From an uncultured Bacillales bacterium (GTDB lineage: Bacteria; Bacillota_I; Bacilli_A; RFN20; CAG-826): 64,000 nt of DNA. The notes beneath the pieces were generated by a model. The model had not been told where the DNA came from, made no database searches, and saw only the letters and a list, made by a program, of their open reading frames with translations. The DNA lies in contig CAMJAG010000001.1 of NCBI GenBank assembly GCA_946403545.1, forward strand, positions 872 to 64,871, in the 5' to 3' direction. How positions within the stretch are numbered: position 1 is the first letter of the stretch; every line of letters starts with the position of its first letter. Positions 54,682 to 64,000 of the stretch are shown here, piece after piece. The translations under genes were made by a program, and so were the position numbers.

Positions 54682-54903
54682 TTATTTTTTACTTTTTAGA
54701 TTACAAGCATTTGGGAAATTAATTTCCCACGCTGCTGCTCTTGCTATTTGAAGTAATTTATATTTCTTATCTTCATCAGTTATCTCTTTGATAACTTCTT
54801 TAGTATTTGGATTTAACAAAAATATTTTGGATTCTTTAACTCCAAATACTGAATCTCTTACTTCGTATAAGTGTCTTCCGTTACGAAATTGAAATGGTTT
54901 CAT
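54682..54903 (-). CDS. Small hypothetical protein
   Basis: 73 aa; overlaps the upstream gene by 1 nt. Confidence 0.35.
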   Translation of the reverse strand: MKPFQFRNGRHLYEVRDSVFGVKESKIFLLNPNTKEVIKEITDEDKKYKLLQIARAAAWEINFPNACNLKSKK

Positions 54904-55349
54904 TATGCAAGCAATTTGTCGATTAAATCTTGTTCTGCAACTGTTAATGTGTGGTCACTTGCTAAGAAAGTAACTGCAAATAAGACCATACTTGTTCTTG
55001 TTTTGTTATCTGCTTTTTTCATTAAGTTAGCAAATTCATTAACATAATCATCATCTAAGCCACCATTGGTCATGTCATAGAATGTATCTGTATCCATATC
55101 AATACCAGTGACTGCTCTAAAGAAAGAATATTCTGCTCCACTACATTTGCCATCAGCAGAAACTAAAATTCTAACTAAGTGAATAATTAAGTTAGTAATT
55201 TCATCCTTATTACAACCGAGTTCTTTTAAACCTCCGATAAAGTCGTTTAAAGCATGTGCAGCAATATTAACTTTTTCTTGTGGTTCTTCGTTTAAAATGT
55301 TTTGGCACATTTTTCTTAATTCAGCATCCATATGAAATCCTCCCATCAT
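54903..55349 (-). CDS. TerB-like domain protein (paralog B)
   Basis: VSADGKCSGAEYSFF and a C-terminal ASDHTLTVAEQDLIDKLL. The likely start is an internal Met near 55334. Confidence 0.5.
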   Translation of the reverse strand: MMGGFHMDAELRKMCQNILNEEPQEKVNIAAHALNDFIGGLKELGCNKDEITNLIIHLVRILVSADGKCSGAEYSFFRAVTGIDMDTDTFYDMTNGGLDDDYVNEFANLMKKADNKTRTSMVLFAVTFLASDHTLTVAEQDLIDKLLA

Positions 55350-55436
55350 TAATGAAAGACTTCAAACATATAGTTTTTGTCCATTCAATTACATATAAAT
55401 ATCTGTCTAAATTTATTTTATCATTTTTAAAGAACA

Positions 55437-55465
55437 AAAAGAACACGTTTTTAACGTGCTCTTGT
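55437..55465 (-). terminator. Terminator downstream of cysK
   Basis: AGAGCACGTTaaaAACGTGTTCT-type hairpin (one mismatch), then a T-run on the minus strand. Confidence 0.4.
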
Positions 55466-55513
55466 GGTGGGTTTATAGTCTCTAAATAGCCAGGGGGACT
55501 ACTTATTGCTTAA

Positions 55514-56443
55514 TTAATCTTGAAACATTGCAGTAGATAAGTATCTTTCACCAGTATCTGGGAATAAAACAACGATAGTTTTACCTGCATTTTCTTCTCT
55601 TTGCGCTAATGTGATAGCAGCTTTTAAAGCTGCACCTGAAGAAATACCAATTAATAATCCTTCTACTCTAGCGGATTCTCTACCCATTTCAAATGCATCT
55701 TCATTTGCGATAGGAAGGATTTCATCATAGATCTTTGTATCTAATGTATCAGGTACGAAACCTGCTCCGATACCTTGGATCTTATGAGGACCTGGAGTAC
55801 CTTTGGAAAGAACTGGAGAAGTTTCTGGTTCAACCGCTACTACTTTGATAGAAGGTTTCTTTTCTTTTAAGTATTTACCTGTACCTGAAATAGTGCCACC
55901 GGTACCAACACCTGCAACAAAATAATCTAAATTACCTTCTAAATCATTAAAGATTTCTGGTCCTGTTGTTAAGTAGTGAGCTTTAGGATTAGCAAAGTTA
56001 GTGAATTGAGAAGGAATAAAAGCATTAGGAATTTCTTTTGCTAATTCTTCTGCTTTTGCAATAGCACCTTTCATACCTTTGCTACCTTCAGTTAACACTA
56101 ATTCAGCGCCATAAGCTTTTAATAAGTTTCTTCTTTCAATAGACATTGTTTCTGGCATTGTAAGAATAATCTTCATACCAAATGATGCTGCAACCATGCT
56201 TAATCCAATACCAGTATTACCACTTGTAGGTTCTACTAATACTGTATCTTTATTAATTAATCCTTTATCAAAAGCATCTAAAATCATTGCTCTAGCAATT
56301 CTATCTTTAACACTACCTGCAGGGTTAAAAGATTCAACTTTTGCAATGATTTTTGCTTTTAAATTGTACTTTTTCTCAATGTTTTTAAGTTCCACTAATG
56401 GAGTGTTTCCAATTGTGTCCACTATTCTTTCATAGACTTTCAT
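55514..56443 (-). CDS. cysK: Cysteine synthase A (O-acetylserine sulfhydrylase)
   Basis: PLP-enzyme motifs [24 protein letters not shown] and GTGGTISG; 309 aa. Confidence 0.9.
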   Translation of the reverse strand: MKVYERIVDTIGNTPLVELKNIEKKYNLKAKIIAKVESFNPAGSVKDRIARAMILDAFDKGLINKDTVLVEPTSGNTGIGLSMVAASFGMKIILTMPETMSIERRNLLKAYGAELVLTEGSKGMKGAIAKAEELAKEIPNAFIPSQFTNFANPKAHYLTTGPEIFNDLEGNLDYFVAGVGTGGTISGTGKYLKEKKPSIKVVAVEPETSPVLSKGTPGPHKIQGIGAGFVPDTLDTKIYDEILPIANEDAFEMGRESARVEGLLIGISSGAALKAAITLAQREENAGKTIVVLFPDTGERYLSTAMFQD

Positions 56444-56532
56444 AATTCTACCTCGTTTTTACTAATCCTATATGTTTAATAGGTTTACAATATAATAGCA
56501 CTGTGTTATACTTATGTCAACGAGGATGAATT

Positions 56533-56940
56533 ATGAAATTATCAAGTAAAAGTATTACCGCAATTAAAATGTTTATAGATCTAGGAGAACATTATGAAGA
56601 AGGATATATCTCACTTGTGGATATATCTAATAGAAAAGAAATATCTAAAAAGTTCCTAGAACAAATAGTGCCTTTATATAAAAAAGCAAAATTATTAGAT
56701 TGTAATAGAGGAAATAAAGGTGGATATAGGTTAGCAAAACCTGCTATTAAAATTACATTAAAAGATATCCTTTATATCTCTGAAACTAATCTTATTAATG
56801 ATGAGAAAGATAAATCTATTGTTATAAACAATATCATTGAAGGATTAGATACCACTATTGATAACTATCTAAGCTCAATCACTCTTGAATCATTAGTGGA
56901 TCAACAAAAAGAAAGCTACACTACTGATTATTTTATTTAA
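56533..56940 (+). CDS. Rrf2-family transcriptional regulator (CymR-like), divergent from cysK
   Basis: N-terminal Rrf2 wHTH (ITAIKMFIDLGEHYEEGYISLVDISNRKEISKKFLEQIV); 135 aa. Confidence 0.8.
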   Translation: MKLSSKSITAIKMFIDLGEHYEEGYISLVDISNRKEISKKFLEQIVPLYKKAKLLDCNRGNKGGYRLAKPAIKITLKDILYISETNLINDEKDKSIVINNIIEGLDTTIDNYLSSITLESLVDQQKESYTTDYFI

Positions 56941-57011
56941 TAAATTTTATTTTTATTAATTTAAATGTTCCTTTATAATCTATAAATAAATAGGTTAGGA
57001 GGAACTTTTTT

Positions 57012-59132
57012 ATGAAGACTAAACATTTATCAATTTTAGGAATATTACTAATTACTTTATCAATTGGAGCATGTAACAAAACTCCATCAAATAGCAATGT
57101 TAGTAGCAGTGATACACCTGTATCTTCATTTGAAAGTACTCATAATGTTTCCTCTGATAATCCTGGAGGAGGCACTCCTAAAAGAAAATATGGTAAATAC
57201 ACTATTAAAGATGAAGTAGAAGATATTAGTGATTTACAAGGTTCTCCTTGGTTAAATACTTCTATTGAAGGAATAATGAACAAGATTGAACAACCATCTA
57301 TTAAAGATGATTTCTTTGCTAATGTTAACTATGACTATTTAAGTCAATATACTCTTCCACAAGGAACTAAGGTTCATGGAGGTAAACTCTATGAATCTAG
57401 TGATTTAGTGGATCAAAGAAAAGTAAATATGCACTTCGATGATAATGATCCTCGCCTTAATACATTGTTTGGGATAATTTCATCAGGGGATTTAGATGCT
57501 GTTAGTGCTGGTTTGAATAGCATCATGAATATGTCTCATGAAGATCTTCTTAAAGCTTTTAGTAACGACTACTTATTTAAAGGTTTGCATAAATTAGCTA
57601 CAATTTATCGTTATCCCGGTGATCAATATCCATTAATTGATATTCAATTTTTAAGCAGTTATCTAACTCTCCCATATCTTGCATATCTAAATTTATATGG
57701 ACAACAAAGGGATTTTTATGGCGCTATTGATGGAATGCAACTATTTATGACAGGTGGACTTATGCTTTATCCTAGAAGAGACTATTTTGATGATTTAAAA
57801 GCTGCCATCGCATCATCTGTTAATGTAAGTTGGCAACCTACATTATATGAAGTTAAGGGTCTTCCAAAACTCTATACAAATCTTCTAGATTTAACAAGCA
57901 CACTCAAAAGTTTGGGTTTTAAAGATGATGATTACATTTATTGCACAGATGGAATTTTAGCATTCTTAAACGAGTTCTGTTCTGGTGTACTTCATGATCC
58001 TGATAAATTAAGAGGATATCTTTTAGATACATACACTCTAAATAATATGTATTTCCTTGGAGCGATTACCCTATATAGTTGGATTGAAGATCCTGAATGT
58101 GCCAATTATGCTCCATTCATTTTTGAAAGTATGAAAAAAGAAGGAATGGATTTTCAAGACTTAACTTATGCAATTATCGAAGAGTTATTTCCTGAAATAG
58201 TTAATAGAACATATATTGATAAATATGTCACCGCTTCTAGTAAAACAAGAGTCACTAACATTGTAGAAGATGTAATATCCACTTATAGTGAGATGTTAAA
58301 TAATTGTGATTGGATCTCCTCTCAAACAAAACAAAGAGCAGTTCAAAAAATCAATGAGATGACCTATACCGTTTTTTATAATGATGAAGAATTAGAAGTC
58401 GCTCCAATCGAATTTGAAAATATCGAAAATCTTTCAATCATGGATGCTTATAGTCAATATCAAACTTATTTCATGGATGGAATCATCGCTGGTGCGTTCA
58501 CTAACAGTGAGATATTCCAACAATTTAGACCATACACAGTTAACGCTGTTTATCAAAACGCGAATAATAGTTTCTATATTTGCCATGGAATTTTCTCTTC
58601 ATTCATAGACGAACCAAATTTAACAGATGAAGAGTTATATGGCTCTGTTGGTTTTGTTATTGGACATGAAATCTCTCATGCTTTCGATAATACAGGTAGT
58701 CAATATTGGCAAGGTAAATATCTCAACTGGTGGACAGATGAAGACAGAACTACTTTCAATACTAAAGTCGAAAACCTCATTAGCTACATAAATACAAACG
58801 TTAGAACATTAAAAGATGCTACTATTCATGGGGAAAATCTTGCTGGTGAAGTTATCGCAGATATGGGTAGTATGAGAGTATTACTTAAAATGATTGAATC
58901 AAAAGATGCAAGTTTTGATATGGATAAATTCTTTAAAGCGTATGCAAGATGGTGGTCTGTTATTTACTCTAACGAAGAAGCTCATAGACGTAATGAAATT
59001 GATGTTCACGCTGCTAGCTTTATTAGAGTTAACTTAACATTAGCGCAATTCGATGAATTCAAAACCTTCTACAACATTACTGGTAGAGATAATATGTATA
59101 TCGATGAAGAAGATGTTATCGCTATTTGGTAA
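57012..59132 (+). CDS. pepO: M13-family zinc metalloendopeptidase lipoprotein (PepO/neprilysin-like)
   Basis: Lipobox SIGACN, HExxH (VIGHEISHAFD) and the GENLAGEVIADMG motif (M13 GENIAD). Confidence 0.8.
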   Translation: MKTKHLSILGILLITLSIGACNKTPSNSNVSSSDTPVSSFESTHNVSSDNPGGGTPKRKYGKYTIKDEVEDISDLQGSPWLNTSIEGIMNKIEQPSIKDDFFANVNYDYLSQYTLPQGTKVHGGKLYESSDLVDQRKVNMHFDDNDPRLNTLFGIISSGDLDAVSAGLNSIMNMSHEDLLKAFSNDYLFKGLHKLATIYRYPGDQYPLIDIQFLSSYLTLPYLAYLNLYGQQRDFYGAIDGMQLFMTGGLMLYPRRDYFDDLKAAIASSVNVSWQPTLYEVKGLPKLYTNLLDLTSTLKSLGFKDDDYIYCTDGILAFLNEFCSGVLHDPDKLRGYLLDTYTLNNMYFLGAITLYSWIEDPECANYAPFIFESMKKEGMDFQDLTYAIIEELFPEIVNRTYIDKYVTASSKTRVTNIVEDVISTYSEMLNNCDWISSQTKQRAVQKINEMTYTVFYNDEELEVAPIEFENIENLSIMDAYSQYQTYFMDGIIAGAFTNSEIFQQFRPYTVNAVYQNANNSFYICHGIFSSFIDEPNLTDEELYGSVGFVIGHEISHAFDNTGSQYWQGKYLNWWTDEDRTTFNTKVENLISYINTNVRTLKDATIHGENLAGEVIADMGSMRVLLKMIESKDASFDMDKFFKAYARWWSVIYSNEEAHRRNEIDVHAASFIRVNLTLAQFDEFKTFYNITGRDNMYIDEEDVIAIW

Positions 59133-59176
59133 TTCTATTCTTGATAATTACTTCATTTCATCGTTATAATTTTGTC

Positions 59177-59794
59177 ATGAAAAACAAACTATTTATAATT
59201 CCACTATTATCATTAGTGACCTTAACTGCTTGTGGTGACACCATGAGTTTTAAACCTAAAATGCCAAAGTATTACTATGGTGTTTTAGAAGTTCTGAACA
59301 GTAGAAGCGAAACAACTACTTATTATTCCGTTAGTAGCCCTATCACTCCTATTGACGGCAAAGAATACGATGCAGTTTATACATGCTGTGTTAATGTTAA
59401 AAATGTTGGAACTCAACTAGAAAGCAGAACAAAAACAGAAGCTCTTTATGTTTGGTCAAAACAATCAAAAGCGTATAGAAGTTATTATTACGATTATTCA
59501 GTTGCGACATGGAAATATTCAGTAGACGTAGATTCAATTGATGATGAATTTGTGACCCAAGCTCTTAGAAGCAAAAAATTCCATCCAAAGAAAAGCGATG
59601 TAACCACATCTAAGGATTATTATGAATTCGTTGAAGATGTAGATGGAGTATCAACATCTATAAGAGTTTCTAAAGATCAATACCATTTATGTATGTATGA
59701 AGCAACGACCGGATACAATTCTCCTAAAGTATTATCTATTGACTATTCTGGAGACTTCTACGGAATTCCATATACTGATTACATGGAGATTTAA
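59177..59794 (+). CDS. Lipoprotein of unknown function
   Basis: MKNKLFIIPLLSLVTLTACGD lipobox at the internal Met (the ORF track starts at 59126). Confidence 0.5.
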   Translation: MKNKLFIIPLLSLVTLTACGDTMSFKPKMPKYYYGVLEVLNSRSETTTYYSVSSPITPIDGKEYDAVYTCCVNVKNVGTQLESRTKTEALYVWSKQSKAYRSYYYDYSVATWKYSVDVDSIDDEFVTQALRSKKFHPKKSDVTTSKDYYEFVEDVDGVSTSIRVSKDQYHLCMYEATTGYNSPKVLSIDYSGDFYGIPYTDYMEI

Positions 59795-59826
59795 AAAAAT
59801 AACCACTGATAAATCAGTGGTTTTTA

Positions 59827-60240
59827 TTATGCATTTTCTACGTGTTTAAGTAATATTTCATCTAAATCAGGGAACGCTGTTTTAGGAATGATAATATGTC
59901 CTTTATCAGAAACGAAACAATGTTCGCTTTCACCAGTTAACACTACTTGATTATCTTTATTTTTCATCGTGTAGTTAAATATCAGTTTAATACCCGTAAA
60001 TTCTTTGATAGATACTTCGATAGATATCTCTTCACCAAAGTATGTTGGTTTTCTATATCTAACGTTGACTCCTATGACAGGAGAGATAACCCCTCTCTTC
60101 TCTAAGGTTGAATAATCTAATCCGATGCTCTCTAAAAAACTGATACGAGATTCTTCCATCCATCTAATATAGTTAGAGTGATGCACTATTCCCATTTTAT
60201 CAGTTTCGTAGTATTGAACTTTGTGATTATATAAATGCAT
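59827..60240 (-). CDS. Acyl-CoA thioesterase, 4HBT (hotdog) family
   Basis: YbgC-like pattern YYETDKMGIVHHSNYIRWMEESR; 137 aa. Confidence 0.7.
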   Translation of the reverse strand: MHLYNHKVQYYETDKMGIVHHSNYIRWMEESRISFLESIGLDYSTLEKRGVISPVIGVNVRYRKPTYFGEEISIEVSIKEFTGIKLIFNYTMKNKDNQVVLTGESEHCFVSDKGHIIIPKTAFPDLDEILLKHVENA

Positions 60241-60315
60241 AAACTTTGTCTCCGGAAAAAGACCTTTTGTATTATATGATAAAAATCTAATGATTAATAG
60301 AGAAAATTTTATTTT

Positions 60316-60648
60316 TTATAAATTATCGTTATCTATGTGTTCCATAGTCTCGTAGAAGTCATCTTCATCTTCCTCATCTTCTTCTGATTGAGGTGAGTAT
60401 TTTCTTTTTGGTTTTCTTCTAGTATTAGACTTAGTGTCATATCTTTCTTTAACAAATTGTCTAAGGATATCAAGAGGGAACACTAGTATTCCAATAAATA
60501 GAATTCCTAATCCAATAAAGAATAAATACTTATTAAGAAAATCTATATTTGTATTAGCAAGATAAATAAATAGCCATGCGAAACATGTCATTATTCCTAA
60601 CGCTATTAAACTAACTGCAATAAATTTTCTAAACTTGTACCTACCCAT
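60316..60648 (-). CDS. Small membrane protein with an acidic C-terminal tail
   Basis: 110 aa with two TM helices and an EEDEEDEDD tail. Confidence 0.4.
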   Translation of the reverse strand: MGRYKFRKFIAVSLIALGIMTCFAWLFIYLANTNIDFLNKYLFFIGLGILFIGILVFPLDILRQFVKERYDTKSNTRRKPKRKYSPQSEEDEEDEDDFYETMEHIDNDNL

Positions 60649-60797
60649 ATAATGTTTTAATTGTAGATTAAACTACAATAATAAACAAGAAGAGATGACT
60701 AATACTGAATTAATTATCTAGAAAACCCTGCAAAAACAAAGGATTAGGTTTTTCAATTGCCTAATCCTTGTGCTTTTTTGGTTATTTCACGAAATAA

Positions 60798-62021
60798 CTA
60801 TTTCTTATTTTTCTTAACCTCATCAAACTTCTCTTTCATAGTAGGATTACCATAGGTAAGTTTTCTGATAGTTAAGTCTTGTAGCTTGTCGTTAGCGAGT
60901 CTTAAGTTATTATCTGCGCCTAAGAGATTTTCTTTGATCTTTAAGAGTTTCTTAATTGTGTTATCGATCTCTTCAATAGCAGTGTTGAACTTATTACTTG
61001 CTTGATTGTAGTTGTACATAAACTTATTTTGGAAATCAGTAAGTTTATCTTCAAATGTAGTAATATCAATGTTTTGTTCTTTGATGACTTGTAATTCGTT
61101 TTTATAATTAGCAGCGTTCTTAGCAGCGTTATAAAGTAAACCGATAATTGCCATAAAGCTTTGAGGTCTTACCACAAACATCTTTGGGAATTTATGTGAC
61201 ACATCCACTATTCCAGCGTTATATAAGTCACTGTCTGGTTCTAAAGTAGAAACTAAGACTGCATATTCACAACCTTTCTTATTTCTATCTTCATCAAGTT
61301 TCTTAAAGAAGTCTTCGTTTTTATGTTTAGTAGCAGTTTCATCTGCTTCGTTTTTCATTTCAAACATAATGGAAATGAATTCCACTCCTTGATCAGTGAA
61401 ATCTCTAAAGATAAAGTCTCCTTTAGTGCCTTCATTAACTTCATTATCCTTTTCAAAGTAAGCATTTGGATAACAAACATTTCTATACATTTCAAAGGAG
61501 TTTTTACAATGTTGTTCTAAAGTTTCACCAAGCATTTTAGTGGATGATTTAGTCTTTAAATCCCTGTAAAACTCAATTGTTTCATCTTTCATCTTAATTT
61601 CAGCAGCGTGTTGATTCTTAAGATTTTGTTCTTTAATTTTATATTCGTTTTCTTTGGAATTAAGTTCACCTTTAAGCTCTACGATTTGGAGGTCTTTTTT
61701 ACTAACAGCTTCTTCCACTGCATGTTTTGTTTCATTCTTAGCAGCGTTTAATTCACCTTGTAATTTAGCGAGTTCAACTTCTTTTTGGCTCTTTAAAGAT
61801 TGAAGCTCACTATTAAGTTTATTAATCTTATCTTCAAGTTCTTTTTGACCTTCTTGCTTTGCAAGTTTAAGTTCTAATTCTTTTTGTCTTTTAGCTTCTT
61901 CAAGTCTTCTATTTAATTCTTTATTAAATTCATCATCTTTAATTTGAGATAGTAATTCTTTATAGACATTTTCATCTACAGTAAATACTTCTCCACATTT
62001 AGGACATGTAACTTTTGCCAT
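60798..62021 (-). CDS. DUF2130-like protein (N-terminal zinc ribbon, long coiled coil, C-terminal globular domain)
   Basis: CPKCGEVF zinc ribbon followed by a Lys/Glu-rich coiled coil; 407 aa. Confidence 0.55.
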   Translation of the reverse strand: MAKVTCPKCGEVFTVDENVYKELLSQIKDDEFNKELNRRLEEAKRQKELELKLAKQEGQKELEDKINKLNSELQSLKSQKEVELAKLQGELNAAKNETKHAVEEAVSKKDLQIVELKGELNSKENEYKIKEQNLKNQHAAEIKMKDETIEFYRDLKTKSSTKMLGETLEQHCKNSFEMYRNVCYPNAYFEKDNEVNEGTKGDFIFRDFTDQGVEFISIMFEMKNEADETATKHKNEDFFKKLDEDRNKKGCEYAVLVSTLEPDSDLYNAGIVDVSHKFPKMFVVRPQSFMAIIGLLYNAAKNAANYKNELQVIKEQNIDITTFEDKLTDFQNKFMYNYNQASNKFNTAIEEIDNTIKKLLKIKENLLGADNNLRLANDKLQDLTIRKLTYGNPTMKEKFDEVKKNKK

Positions 62022-62178
62022 ATATTAATCCTCCTTTTAAATAAGGTAACAGTATGTTTTTGTTTGTAATATTATTATACATTTTCCCGCTTAGTTTTTT
62101 AATTCTTTTCTAAAAGAAAACAACCCATTGTTAGACTAAATCTAATTCATGGGTTGTTTTAATTAAATTACGACTTTA

Positions 62179-63777
62179 TTAGAGATCTAAAGTAACTGTG
62201 TTCCAAGTAAGAGTTCCACCATTGAGACCTTCTTGTTTGTCTTTTAAATTCTTAGCCCAGCTAATGTATCTCTTACCATCAATTTTATAACTGATGCCAA
62301 CAGCTGGATTGTTACCATTTACTTGAACATCAATGAACATACCTTCATAAGCGCTTAAGTATCTAGTTGTGCAAATTCCATTTAAACCTGTCCATGTTTT
62401 TGCGTTATTTTCTGTTGTCATTTTGTTTGTAAACGCGATTTGCTTTGAAACACCTTCGATATTGTGAATGTCAAGTCTCCACTTATTTCCTTGCTTACTA
62501 GATAAGCAGAATCTAATGTGTCTTGCGTTATTTGTAACTGTTGTAGGGTTTATGTCAAGAAGATTGTTATCTTTATCGTAATGCCATTTATAAATAGTGA
62601 AGTTTCCGTTACTATCACCCATACTTCTTACACCAAACCATGAACCGTAATAAGCAGCATTAGTGAATTTAACTTCCATTGGTTCACCAGAATATGTAGC
62701 AATATAATCAGCAGTTGCTCTTCTGAAATTCCATCTATTCAAATCGCTTTCAGGTACTAAGTTTGTAATCGCTCTTACATTCCAATATGCTGGACGGCTT
62801 AATTGAATTGTATATGTTTCATTACCATTTGGAGCAATCATGACATGTGTTCTATTTAAGAAAACAGCATAGTTATATTGATCAGGCCATGTATTAGGAC
62901 CCAAAACTCTGTTAACAATTGTGCAATAAGCTGTGTTGTTTTTGACATGATAAACATGCCAGCTTCTTACTAATTGTTCAAGATTTTGTTCATCATGAGA
63001 TTGTCTAACAGCAACTGTCACAAATGAATTAGCAGGAACTTTAACATGTTTGAATTGTACTTCTCGGAAGTGTGAAGCAATTGCTGAGAAGCCACATAAT
63101 TGTGGATAATATGCTGCAATAATGTCTTCATTAGTATTATTGTGGATTTCCATATTATAGTAACTGCCTTCTTTTGATCCAGCTTCTACTGTTAAATATT
63201 CTGTATAGTAATGGTTAGGTTGGACTTGTAAATCACCAACATAATCACCATTTGCAATCATATGTCCAATAACATTTCCACGTGCTACGCCATCTCCAGC
63301 AAAGTAATCACTTGAATAGCAATTAAATCTTCTACAAATATTTACACCTGCATGATAATAAGCAGCAAACACTAATTGTGTACAGTACCAAGTAGAATTG
63401 TTTTCACCCCAAACAGGTCCTTGATAGTCATCAAGTATTTTAAGTGTGTATGGTTTGCCTACTTGAGACACCATGAAACGTACAGCATTTATTCTTTCTG
63501 ATTGACTTGCATAAATTACTCTTAAGACTTTTGTACCAAAACGTAAAATTCTTTCATCATCTAAAACACCAAATCTTACGCCACTAGCGACTGCTTCAAC
63601 AGTTTCAATAAAGTTGAAATATTCGCTGTTTCCATTGGAATTAACAACTCTACCACATTTAAGTGTTTGGACAATCATACCCATATGAGTTACAGCGTTT
63701 ACCATATCCCATGTTTGAACGGTTTGCAAATTTGGACAATCTTCGGTTGTGAGTCCTGATATTGGGTCCCAGACCAA
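62179..63777 (-). CDS. Hypothetical protein; the N-terminal region may be a permuted papain-like (YiiX/YaeF-type) amidase domain
   Basis: 532 aa. The NSTWYCTQLVFAAYYHAG motif resembles the Cys-containing motif of the YiiX family. The remainder is beta-rich with no recognisable domain. Confidence 0.4.
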   Translation of the reverse strand: MVWDPISGLTTEDCPNLQTVQTWDMVNAVTHMGMIVQTLKCGRVVNSNGNSEYFNFIETVEAVASGVRFGVLDDERILRFGTKVLRVIYASQSERINAVRFMVSQVGKPYTLKILDDYQGPVWGENNSTWYCTQLVFAAYYHAGVNICRRFNCYSSDYFAGDGVARGNVIGHMIANGDYVGDLQVQPNHYYTEYLTVEAGSKEGSYYNMEIHNNTNEDIIAAYYPQLCGFSAIASHFREVQFKHVKVPANSFVTVAVRQSHDEQNLEQLVRSWHVYHVKNNTAYCTIVNRVLGPNTWPDQYNYAVFLNRTHVMIAPNGNETYTIQLSRPAYWNVRAITNLVPESDLNRWNFRRATADYIATYSGEPMEVKFTNAAYYGSWFGVRSMGDSNGNFTIYKWHYDKDNNLLDINPTTVTNNARHIRFCLSSKQGNKWRLDIHNIEGVSKQIAFTNKMTTENNAKTWTGLNGICTTRYLSAYEGMFIDVQVNGNNPAVGISYKIDGKRYISWAKNLKDKQEGLNGGTLTWNTVTLDL

Positions 63778-63780
63778 ATC

Positions 63781-64000
63781 GCCAATTTGTAAATAATCAT
63801 AATAGTATTCGAAATTGTTTTCACTAGGATCAAGACTATTAGGATTTCCATAGTAAACTGGTTTTCTAGGTCCATGATTGTTTATATGGTTGTTTGCATC
63901 ATAAGTAGTGTCATAGAAATCAAAATCTCTTATGCTTGATTGCTCTGTTGCCCAATTCTTATCGTTGTTTGAATACCATGATGGTTTTGGTGTATAGCCA
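63781..64000 (-). CDS. Partial ORF (C-terminal end), unknown function
   Basis: An open frame continues to the window edge, 3 nt upstream of the previous gene. Confidence 0.3.

Noticed and set aside
1-64000. CRISPR arrays, rRNA genes, IS elements and prophage structural genes
   Set aside because: None detected. There are no regularly spaced direct repeats with unique spacers, no rRNA-like conserved stretches, no transposase-like ORFs, and no capsid, terminase or portal-like proteins.
62179-64000. Possibility that 62179..63777 and the partial ORF 63781..64000 are one frameshifted gene or pseudogene
   Set aside because: A 3-nt gap with an in-frame start is equally consistent with two coupled genes. 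There is not enough sequence at the window edge to decide.

Overview
Low-GC (~30%), standard-code, lipoprotein-rich genome segment, consistent with an Acholeplasma- or Erysipelotrichia-like Firmicutes/Mollicutes lineage. UGA is a stop codon here, because long ORFs run uninterrupted under the standard code. The window has four parts. (1) 1-21.5 kb is a beta-mannan / manno-oligosaccharide utilisation locus. It carries ManA (partial), phosphohexomutase, an MsmK-like ATPase with an unusual C-terminal extension, two GH130 mannoside phosphorylases, a clan GH-A hydrolase, a solute-binding protein with two permeases, a LacI regulator, SGNH and SASA-type esterases, and two very large surface lipoproteins with CBM-like repeats. 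(2) 21.8-38.3 kb is a mixed accessory/housekeeping block. It holds two more esterases, an HTH-TrpB fusion, cardiolipin synthase, flotillin, a YefM/YoeB toxin-antitoxin pair with a paired operator, tRNA-Ala, a GGDEF cyclase, MazG-like, flavin reductase-like, MgtC-like, PNPOx-like and S41 peptidase genes. (3) 38.3-55.5 kb is the most interesting part, an apparent defence island without an integrase. It begins with a ~530-nt GC-rich, stem-rich intergenic element that is a candidate large structured ncRNA. Next is a tandem TIR-TIR gene flanked by two near-identical 37-nt terminator repeats. Then come a TIR-SAM-methyltransferase fusion with XRE and small partners, and a four-gene operon (unknown protein, soluble VirD4/TraG-type P-loop ATPase, and a truncated ClpR/ClpP pair) that looks like a non-canonical ATP-dependent protease module. 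Last is a seven-gene operon built around a TIR-NACHT-TPR (STAND/NLR-like) protein with MBL-fold, RyR-domain and two TerB-like partners, ending in an IMPase/CysQ-family phosphatase. (4) 55.5-64 kb returns to cysK, an Rrf2 regulator, an M13 PepO lipoprotein, a thioesterase, a DUF2130-like protein and others. No CRISPR array, rRNA or IS element was seen.
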